The notes under the pieces were generated by a model. It was not told the DNA's origin. It saw only the letters and a program-made list of their open reading frames with translations, and made no database searches. Positions 49,987 to 60,662 of a stretch of 64,000 nucleotides of DNA are shown piece after piece. The translations under genes and the position numbers were made by a program. This DNA comes from Haliotis cracherodii (taxonomy: Eukaryota): contig NW_027266265.1 in NCBI RefSeq assembly GCF_022045235.1, positions 36,456,001 to 36,520,000 of the forward strand, written 5' to 3'. How positions within the stretch are numbered: position 1 is the first letter of the stretch; every line of letters starts with the position of its first letter.

Positions 49987-51684
49987 CATTCCTGAACACA
50001 AAGCTTGTAATAACTACGATTCGACCTTGCAACCTCTAGACTGGTAGTCCTTCACGTTACCACCTGCGCTACCGAGACTGTTTACAGCACCAATGTCAAA
50101 TTGTCCTCGTCAATATTATCATTAGTTTTTTATGCACATTATCTTGTTAATATTATACCAAGTTCGTTGTAAGTCCTGATGGTATATGTGTTATGCATGT
50201 GCTTGTGAATCTAATTTCAAATATATAATATATATCTTATCCATATTTGAATTAATGCCCAATTATTTGGACTTAATTTAGATAATTAAGACAATACACA
50301 GTGATATGTACTTTGTCGTCATTTAAATTCAAATTTTAAACAAGTTTAGATATGGGGATGTTGTGTTTAGGTGGTGTTTAGGCTGTGAGACGATAGCTCA
50401 TTCCATGTGTTTTGACCATAAACGTGTTTAGAGAGAACACATCAAATGTTTATTCTGGTTAGCATTTACACACATTCCTAAACATGTTTAGATATGCACA
50501 TATCATATGATGTCTTGAGGTCTTTGTACGATGAGCAATGATATATATTTTTATAAATATCGCTGAATGGAGACAAAAATCCGCCCAGGGCACATTTGTA
50601 TTCATATCTGATCAATTTCTGATCGACAACATAAGACTTGTATTGTTGACAATGGGATATATTTTCAACTTGAACGGCTTAATATTAGTCACTCCAGTTT
50701 TCTAAGGAATTCGCTATGCAGCGTTGCGTCCCTTAGGACGAAACCAATGATCGTGGATTCGAATTCGAGAATCGCCCTGATTATGTTTCTTGGTTAGTCG
50801 TGCTTCACGAAAGTGGTAAACATCGTAGACCTGCATCATTTGACGCCTTCCTCCCAAACTGACAAGCTGTGATATAACTGAAAAAGTGTTCAGGCGGCGT
50901 TAAACCCAACTCAGTCACTCACTCACTCACTCAGTCACTCACTCACTCACTCATGGCTGATTATTGCAGGCTATTCATACAATTACAGATGTGGACTGTT
51001 TAGTTATGTTGACACCCGATATGGAATTATGAATTTCATTTTGTTCGACAGGTCATAGCCTCTCTGTTGTAAATTGGGGTGTCGCTACTTGTACAAGTTA
51101 GCACTAATGCCGCTTCCATCGTGCTAGCCAACTTTGATACCATGCCGCAGTTTAACATGCTCTCCGGGCAGAATCTCTATCCACTACACCACGGAGGCTG
51201 TCACTTTATTGTTAACGAATGAAAGTGTTTGCTGCGATCTGACTTGTTGAATAAAAATATTCTATTGCGCATGATTACGTTTCTAAAGTATCTTTATTTT
51301 CCTCAATCCAAAATTTGAAAAACTTGTCATTCGGTGGGTAAGAAACATACAGCATTTGTTCAAAATTTATCTGAATACTTGATCGGCCATTTTAACATGT
51401 AAAACCTCTGGCTACCTGTTCCGAATGGAATTTAATCTATGCTTCATTTAAAAGAGTTTACACTCGATGTTCATTTGTCGTTATGGCGCAATTCTATTAA
51501 AAATTCCCAAATTTAATTATTGAAAAGAATATATACATTCTTGCCTTGGTATATATATATATATATATATGCCTAATTGTAAGGTTATAGACGTGTTAAT
51601 GAATATAAATTTAGACATTTGGAATTTAAATAGAAAAAAAAACAAATACTGTATTTAGGCAGAGGCTCCTTTTGGTATGAAAGG

Positions 51685-51931
51685 GTTTGTTTGTTGTTTA
51701 ACGTCGCACTCAGCAATATTCCAGCTATATGACGGCGGTCTGTAAAATAATTGAGTCTGGACCAGCCAATCCAGTGATTGACAACATGAGCATCGATCCA
51801 CGCAATTGGGATCGATGACATGTATCAACCAAGTCAGCGAGCCTGACCACCCGATCCAGTTAGTCGCCTCTTACGTCAAGCATAGTCGCCTTTTACGGCA
51901 AGTATGAGTTGCTGAAGACCTATTCTACCCC
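51685..51931 (-). mobile_element. Family D
   Basis: Reverse-complement consensus match. Confidence 0.85.
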
Positions 51932-52307
51932 CTTTTTATTTCGAAAAAAATCTTTATTTCTGTATAAATTACCACCAAAGACAATAAACAGATCTTAATT
52001 GTGCACCCCCCTTTTAAAAAAAGCTGTAACCGCCCATGTTTAGTATGTACTTTAGAGGGAGATTTTCTTTTGACTATACAAAGACTATTAAAGAGAACCA
52101 AATGATAGAGCTTTCTGACTGTTTTTTCGCGTTTTCGAGCACAACATTCGTAGATTTTTTCTTGCAGGTTACTGAAAGGGTGGTGACGAATGTTATATAT
52201 GCTTTGACATTATTAAGTAAGCCAAATTTGTCATTTATGAAATCAGATATAAAAAGAATATAAACACAATTCTTACTCGAATCTCGTTATACACTGTTGG
52301 TACGTAA

Positions 52308-55300
52308 TCAGTCAATAGGTAAATATGACCCACGTCTGTTCCTTGCTCGGTGTATTTTGACGGCGAAGACACAAACAACAGCTAACAGAAACACCCCACA
52401 ACATACAGACACAATAACAACTTTCTTCACCAGCTGGTTGCCTTCAGTCGCATTACAGCCTATCGTCTCGTCCGAATTATCGGAGCAGTCATCGAAGCTG
52501 TTGCAGGTCATGTCGCTGTCTATGCAGAGTGAGTTACTGCACGTGAAGTCATAAGACGTACACGCCCCTGCAACAAAGATATCCTCTTAGGCGACTCTGG
52601 TGTTAAGGGTTTTGGTTTGGGATTGGTTTGTTGCTTAACGCCGCACTCAGCCATATTCCAGCTGTATGACGGCGGCTGTAAATAATCGAGTCTGGACCAG
52701 ACAATCCAGTGATTGGTATCATGAGCATCGATCCACGCAATTTGGATCGATTACGTGCATCAACCAAGTCAGGGAGCCTGACCACCCGATCCCGTTAGTC
52801 GCCTCTTACGACAAGCATAGTCGTCTTTTACAGCAAGAATGGGTTGCTGAAGACCTATTCTACCCCGGATCTTCAAGGGTCCCACGCAATTGGGATCGAT
52901 GACATGCATCAACCAAGTCAGCGAGCCTGACCACACGATCCCGTTAGTCGCCTCTTACAACAAGAACAGCCGTCTTTTACAGCAAGGGTGAGTTGCTGAA
53001 GGCCTATTCTACCCCGGATCTTCACGGGTGTAAGTGCACGAGCGTTCTGTAGCACTTACCATTGATCTGTTCGTGAAAGGACGTGATAAGTAAAGTGAAG
53101 ACATCCTGAGAAGCCTCATGCTCGCCACGGTTGGAATGGTACCAAACTCCCACTGACTGACCGCTGGAGTTGAAGACAGGAGTTGTTATGTTGGTACCAC
53201 ATAGACGTTCTTGAAGAAAGAATAAAAAAAAAGAAGAAATAATTATCACAAATGTCATAAAAACTACAATTATATATTAATTATGGTGGATAACGTGAAA
53301 TGTCTACATATATGTAGCGCTCCAGTGAGCTAGGATGAGGGTCAAAAGAAAATATACCCAGTTTGTTTTTTATGTAATTGAAAATTGAAGAATTGTTGTT
53401 AAATTTTATTATATTTGTTTAATCATCACTCATTCCTGCAAAAGTTTACAAAAAGTAATCTGTGGCTGGGTAATTTTGTGTAAACAAATTAGCTTAGTGA
53501 AAATCGGAGTAAGGTATGAATTTGCAACCACATGACCCCAACCATCTTGAAATGTAAATTTGTGTCAAAAAAAGGTAATTTGTTGATTATAAAAGATAAG
53601 ATGTCTAAGATACCCATCGACAGCTGTGTATCAAGTCATTTTTAAAAAGTTAAACGAATTATTTTTCAAATTATATAAAAAAGAAATAAAACCACGTAGA
53701 ATATTCTTTGAGTGCTGACTAAGCGCCAGTACAGTGTTTTTTTGTGTGGATATTTTCAATTGAAAAGCAAACATATAATAAAGTCAACTGAAGCCATAGT
53801 TTCTCTCGCCCCTCAGTTTGTTTGGGTTTAACGCAGCTTTAAACATGGTTTCAAACACGGTGCACAAGAGATGCAGTTTTTAGGCATTTTCGACTTTCGT
53901 GAAACCCACTGGTCTCGGATTTGATGTCTGATTTCAGGCACATGAAATGATTCCTGAACGACATGGTGAACAACATGGATTACACGTGCATACTATGTCA
54001 GAGGGGTACTCAAAGAACGTGATCTAGACTACCAGTTGTCGGACTTTCATTTTTTGTGGACGCCTCGGTGGCTGAGTGGGTTAGATCGCTGACTTTGTGT
54101 GCTGGCGATTAGGTGCCTCACTCTGGCAAGTGTGGGTTCGAATCCCGGACGGGACTCAACCCCCCCCCCCCCGCAATAAAAGAAAAAAAAAGAAAAAAAA
54201 AAGGTACGGGCATCTGTACTTTATTAAGAAAGTGTTATCCCACATATAACATTTGTTACATACTATAATTGATGAAAATATATGATTTACACAATACATA
54301 AATTGTTTGTTTGTCTTTAATTCCCTACTCGTGTATAGTAGTTCTGCTATATAACGTGTGCTGAACCACACATTCTACAACGTCGGGGTGCGATGACACG
54401 CAATCAACAAAGTAACATTGACTGAGAGGATTTTTATGAATTGTCTGAGTTTCCCATCTCCCGCCCGCCCTGAATATCCATTCCGGCGTAAAACATTACA
54501 AAGTTTTCATATCTCAATTTTCCCCGCCGCTGTGGAAACCGATGCTCCGATATGAAAGTTACTACTGCAACTGCACAATCATACAAAAACTAGGTCAGCT
54601 TGAAATTGCTTCAGCTATATCTATTAAATAGTGGCTTCCAAAGAACAGCGACTCGATCTTCGTCGTAAATTAATTTGAATAAAAGCGAAAAAATCATTTC
54701 GCTATATTTGCATATTACGAAATCTCGATTGTACGATTCTGACTATATCAAGAGCATGTGTTTATGATTCACTATCAAATAGTAATGATACAAGGTGTTC
54801 GCGAAAAGGTGAGCCCCACCTGTGGCACCCGTCACAAACACATGCAAAAGCAAGTCAGGTAAGAAGTCCTCCTTTTCGTACACTCACTCACATGGCGGCA
54901 TGAGGTTTTCACATCTGATTCAATTCAATAGAGTGAATCATTGTAGAATCACAACCAATATACCGGAACTTTCTACCTGTACATAGTAGATATATAAGTT
55001 CATCTATAATCATCGTTAACAAGTGACACATGATCCAAGTTAACATAGGGAATTATATCAGACATCATTTTTGTCACTGGTGAGTCACATTTGGAAATGG
55101 GACCCGTGAAGATCCGGCGTACAGTAGGTCTTCAGCAACCCATGCTTGGCGTAAAAGGCGACTATGCTTGTTGTAAGAGGCGACTAACGGGATCGGATGG
55201 TCAGGCTCGCTGACTTGGTTGATGCATGTCATCGATCCCAATTGCGTGCATCAATGCTCATGATGTCAATCACTGAACTGTCTGATCCAGACTCGATTAT

Positions 55301-57056
55301 TTACAGACCGCCATCATATAACTGGAATATGGCTGAGTGCGGCGTTAAACAACAAACAAACAAACAAAAACATTTGGAAATGTCCTCCACTTTTTGGAAG
55401 CTTTACTGTAAACTTGAAGTCTTGGTAGAAAGAGTATGCTCGAGTTATGAAATGTAGACACCAAGGACTCAAGTTGCAAGAATATTGCTCCAAAGTTGAA
55501 GTCATCTCTCTTGTCATATAGTCTTGTGGGGAATATTTGGTTACTAACTGGTACTTTAAAATGTCCTAAAACAAGTCACACGATTAGTAAAAAATGTCTT
55601 TATAAAATTTATTGTTTTTTCTTACTTCTCCCACCCGCTCTCTTGCTGGTGAGGATGGAGATGACAAACACATAAAAAACACGGATGCCTTACCGAATAC
55701 AATAGCTATCTCATAAAATATCTTGTGGAATCCCCACGGAGCCGAACGAAAAGAAACACGTGTGTAATAGGTATGATTCTGTGGCCATCCCAGTCTCACC
55801 TGAAGCATGTTTGCCCTCAATCTGAGACACATGGACGCCGGCTTTCGAGCAATCTGGATAGCCGGGGATGTCAATACTCAGGAGGCGAACTAACAACCGA
55901 TTGCCGTCAACGTCACTTTCAACCAACGTCTTACAACTCTCTTGTTTCTTCCTGGTCTTGTTGACGGATAGTTTGAGAAGCATATCTTCCGAAATAATGA
56001 TCGTATTGCCACATTCTTCAGAAAGCTCAACTGAAAGGATAAAGGATACAGACACTCACCATTGAAACGTCTCCTTCTAAGTCAGCGATGTAAGAAAATA
56101 AGAACGGTATAATATTGTCTTCGAGTGAGTGAGTGAGTTTGGTTTAACGTCGCTTTGAACAGTATTCTAGTTATGTCGAGGCGTGTCAGCTTAATGTGGG
56201 AGGAAAGCCCGAAGTGATGCCGGTCTCAGACGATTACCACTTATTGAAACCCACGAGCACGGGTATGGTGCTGACAAACCTAGAAACAGTATAAAGCCGA
56301 ACCGGTGTACGCGCCCACAAGCATAGGTTCCTGGTGTGCTCAAGGGACGCAAATCCACCTGTGCCCCCGTTTATCTTCGAAGGCATACAGGATAATCAAA
56401 AAAGACAAAGGATGTTGCGCAAAGGATAAAGCAAACATGGCAAAGGATAAAACATAAGTGATAAAGCATAACATATCAACACAAAAGATGAAACATACAT
56501 ATATAGAATGTAGGATAAAGTGTGAAGCATAAACGCCCTGATAAGGAATATAACAGTCACAATTACCCTTACAGATAAATAAAAAAATATTAGCCGATAT
56601 ATGCAGCGTCGTAAATGTGATACTTTAGGAGTCAAATTTGTTATCCAATCGTTGCTTTTCCTGTCTAGGGAGGCAGTGGGGTAGCCTCGTGGATAAAGCG
56701 TTCACTTGCACGCCGGAGACCCGGGTTCGATTCCCCTCTTTGGTACAATGTGTGAAGCCGATTTCTGGTGTCCCCCGCCATGATATGGCTGGAACATGGC
56801 TAAAAGTGGCGGAAAACCATACTCACTAAAACCGATATAATGTCATAACGTACTTACATGACATATTATTTACTCCACTGGGCTAACGAATTGTATTATC
56901 AAGTATACCAATCCTTCGGTTTTAGTGTAAACATAAATACACCACTAAATTAAGGCAAAACAAGTACTTACATGTCTTTGGTGTGTTCTTTTGAGCCTGA
57001 CTGACCCCACGTGTGCCTATCATTACCAGCAAAATAATATTAACATAAAGCTCCAT
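52308..57056 (-). CDS. Gene F: CUB-like + LDLa + TM type I membrane protein, 241 aa; exons 57056-56972, 56030-55800, 53209-53060, 52567-52308
   Basis: GT-AG, all phase 1. Signal peptide MELYVNIILLVMIGTRGVSQA. ECGNTI..SCKTLV..NRLLVRLLSIDIP..DCSK..RLCGTN..FTLLITSF. LDLa CTSYDFTCSNSLCIDSDMTCNSFDDCSDNSDETIGC. TM VVIVSVCCGVFLLAVVCVFAV. Tail RARNRRGSYLPID*. Confidence 0.88.
52615..53029 (-). mobile_element. Family D, 1.5 tandem copies filling intron 3 of gene F
   Basis: Two heads, at ~52880 and ~53029. Confidence 0.85.
54058..54160 (+). pseudogene. Isolated tRNA-derived head (SINE of a fifth family, or tRNA pseudogene)
   Basis: GGTGGCTGAGTGG A box and GGGTTCGAATCCC B box with a long spacer; no clean cloverleaf; followed by a C-run and an A-rich tract. 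Confidence 0.5.
54780..55530 (-). mobile_element. Penelope-like 3' fragment interrupted by a full-length family D copy (55101-55369, +)
   Basis: Minus strand TRLYDKRDDFNF..GVYIS; 3' motif at 54790-54850; D copy has TSD ACATTTGGAAATG. Region 54790-55018 is also homologous to 46940-47163. Confidence 0.75.
56124..56369 (-). mobile_element. SINE family C
   Basis: Reverse-complement consensus match. Confidence 0.8.
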
Positions 57057-58171
57057 TGTTTCAAACTGTTATTATTGTTCACGTATCGCTCCCTGTCAGG
57101 GTATAGAGTTGGCGTGCTAGTTGGATATGGTGTAAAGGTTATCACTGAAAGTAATCAAGGAGAGATTGATAACATGCAGAGAGTCAATGCGGACCATTAA
57201 ACATATCGTGTCGTGTTGTATATATCGCTTACAAAATGCCTATCTTTGATGTGGGCCTCCTGCGTTGATCGTTGCTCACAATATCGATCACTAGATTTGC
57301 TGATCCAGGCCTCGGCCCTGTAACTGGAATATTGTAGAGTGCGGCGTTCAACGACAAACACACTTTTGGGCTGTTTGGTAATGATAGGAACACATGGTGT
57401 ATAGCCTGTCATCGTGCACCGCCTGCATTGATCGTTGCTCACAATATCGATCACTGGATTTTCTGGTCTTGACTCGATTACCTCTAGGCCGGCACCCTTT
57501 AGCTGGAATACTGCAGAGTGCGGCGTTAAACGCCAAACACACATTCATGGGTATAGAGGAGTTACATGTATTCGGTCGGTCACAGCGAACACTTAAACGT
57601 AACCGTAGCGTATTTTGTATATTTATGCATGTATTCTGATGTTAGATACTAATGGGAAAGACTACATAGGATTATTGTTCTGGTGATAAACGATTCATAC
57701 AGCACATGTCTTGATCACTCTGTGAACTTATGTGTTTCGATAATGAAATATATCATGGTACGTCGCGTATCGCATTACAGAACATGATGTCCTCAACAAA
57801 CATTTCGACAACCGTGAACCTACACAACCAGGCCAGGCATACTTGGTAAATTATAAACGAGCCTTGTCTTGATAGATTCAAATATACGCGGTACATAAAA
57901 ACACAAAAACCCCAGTGTTTACACACCCGAAGCGTTGACATTTTGAACTAATATGATTTGTGTTAGGTTCAGTAGAGGTAGTTATAAATTGACATGTATT
58001 CGGAGACGTGTCGACCTTTGACCGTATTTAATCTGCACGTCGGCTATCGATACTGGTGTTGTACCCGTTCATAATATACCTGACAGAACAGTTAAATGAC
58101 ATTCAAAGCAATTGCTATTGTGACAGTGAATGTATGTGTTACTTTAAGATGAAAACCTGAGACATGTACAT

Positions 58172-58412
58172 GAGTAAGTGAGTGAGTGAGTGAGTTGGGG
58201 TTAACGCCGCTTTTAACAGTTTTCCAGTTATATCACGGCGTGTCAACTTAATGTGGGGGAAAGTGATGCAGGTCTCGGACGTTTACCACTAGAAACATAA
58301 TCGGGGCGTACCGGGATTCGAACCCCCAATCATAGGTTTCTGGCGTGCCCAAGGTACGCAACTCTGCACAGCGAATTGCGGCGCCTGAGACGACTGGACC
58401 ATCCGTGCCCCC
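58172..58412 (-). mobile_element. SINE family C (internal deletions)
   Basis: TSD ACATGTACAT. Confidence 0.85.
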
Positions 58413-58467
58413 ACATGTACATAAATTGAATGGCTGCTGATGCACAGACAGTGACTATCTGGAGGAA

Positions 58468-59445
58468 TGAGTGACTAAGTAGTGTGAGTGTATGAGTGAG
58501 TGTTTGAATGAGTGAGTGTTTGAGTGAGTGTTGAGTGAGTGGTGATTGAGTGAGTGTTGAGTAAGTGTTTGTATGAGTGAACGTGTGAGTGAGTGTTGAG
58601 TGAGTGTTTGAGTGAGTGTTTGAATGAGTGACTGTTTGAGTGAGCGTTGATTGAGTGTTGATTGAGTGAGTGTTTGAGTGAGTGTTGAGTGAGTGTTTGA
58701 ATGAGTTAGTGTTTGAGTGAGTGTTTGAGTGAGTGTTTTGAGTGAGTGTTTGAGTGAGTGGTATTTGAGTGAGTATTTGAGTGAGTGCTATTTGATTGAG
58801 TGTTTCATTGAGTGTTTGAATGAGTTAGTGTTTGAGTGAGTGTTTGAGTGAGTGAGTGATTGAGTGAGTGTTTGAGTGAGTGTTTGAATGAGTGAGTGTT
58901 TGAGTGAGTGTTGAGTGAGTGGTGATTGAGTGAGTGGTATTTGAGTGAGTGTTTGAGTGAGTGTTTGAATGAGTGAGTGTTTGAGTGAGTGTTAAGTGAG
59001 TGGTGAATGAGTGAGTGTTTGAGTGAGTGGTATTTCAGTGAGTGTTTGAGTGAGTGTCAAGTGAGTGGTGAATGAGTGAGTGTTTGAGTGAGTGGTATTT
59101 GAGTGAGTGTTTGAATGAGTGAGAGTTCGAATGAGTGAGTGTTGAGTGAGTGATGATTGAGTGAGTGTTTGAGTGAGTGGTATTTCAGTGAGTGTTTGAG
59201 TGAGTGTTGAGTAAGTGAGTGGTGATTGAGTGAATGTTTGTGTGTGTGTGTATAAGTGAGTATTTGAGTTAGTGGTGTTTGAGTGAGTGTTTCAGTGAGT
59301 TTTTGAGTGAGTGAGTGTTGAGGGAGTGGTGATTGAGTGAACGCTTGAGTGAGTGTTATTTGAGTGAGTGTTTTAGTGAGTGTTATTTGAGTGAGTGTTT
59401 GAATGGTATTTGAGTGATTGTTTAGGTGGTGTTTGAATGAGTGAG
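58468..59445. repeat. ~1-kb compound (GAGT)n/(TGAGTGAGTGTT)n satellite
   Basis: Directly visible; its right end joins a decayed - strand family A SINE (~59440-59530). Confidence 0.95.
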
Positions 59446-59619
59446 GCTTATGACACCGTCAGCAATGCTGCAGTACAGAGCCGACAAGAAATGGCTTCAC
59501 ACATTGTACGTATGTGGGGAAATAAACCAATGCGTTATTTACAATGTTTCTAACACCTCATGAACAGAATCAAGTATTTGTCCATTTTGATATTCTTATG
59601 AGGTGTAGGTAGTCTCAAT

Positions 59620-59840
59620 TTATGTTTGTTTGTTTGTTGTTTAACGCGGCATTTAGCAATATTCAAGCTAAATGACGGCGGTCTGTAAATAATCGAGTTC
59701 AGACCACACAATCCAGTGGCTGACATCATGAGCATCGATTCACGAAATTGGTATACGATGACATGCATCCAACAAGTCAGCGAGGCCTGACCGCCCGATC
59801 CCGGTAGTCGCCTTTTACGACAAGCATGGGTTGCTGAAGA
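59620..59840 (-). mobile_element. Family D
   Basis: Reverse-complement consensus match with a single hairpin unit. Confidence 0.8.
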
Positions 59841-60662
59841 TGTAATCACTGTAGAATCACGTGGTAATAAAGTATATTGGGTCACGAACTATACAAAATG
59901 TTCTCTTGGACGTTTTAACTCATTATTACTTATTTCAAGAGTACTTACAGAAAATATGTGGGTCCTGTAAAATAATGCAATGATGTAATATACTGTACGC
60001 TAAGATTTTTAATAAATACTTTAATTACAGGAACTTTATGTTTCTTGCTAAGAATTTTGTCACAATGAATATTATTTTACGTCTTTCGGGATGCAATATA
60101 TATTCTTTTCCATTCTATGCATTCTATACTTTTGTGCGTATTGGACGCAAATCTCTGAGCCATGTAAAACCCTGTATGTTCAATTATTTTATAACATATT
60201 TTAAAAATCACAGGTATCCGTTTTAGAATTTGACCTTTCCGTTGGGCAAGGGTTTCGCGGGATACATAAACTGTTGCATATATCTTGCTGGCTGTCATCA
60301 GGTATCAAACCAATTAAAATCGTGTAAACAGGTCTACTATCACACAGGGCAATTATGCATGTTAATCGGATCGGATATGTGTAAAAAAGGTATACTATCA
60401 TATAGAGCAATTAAGCGTATTAACTTCGAATCAGTTATGTGTAAACAGGTCTATAATCACATGGGGCAATCATGCATGTTGAAGTCGAATCGGTTGTGTG
60501 TAAACAGGTATAGACTACAATAGATAATCAGGTACACGAAGCATCAACTGCCCGCTATTGCGACAACTTATCACCGTCACATGTAGCGATAACGTTCCTA
60601 GTATGACCTGGGGAGAAACGTCACCAACATGAAGGGGAAATACTGAATACTGTCTCGACAAC

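Noticed and set aside
17901-57056. One long gene with repeated CUB-LDLa units, or a named orthologue (LDLRAD2, NETO, Culd)
   Set aside because: Each unit has its own signal-peptide exon and stop codon; orthology cannot be judged without a search, so no symbol is given.
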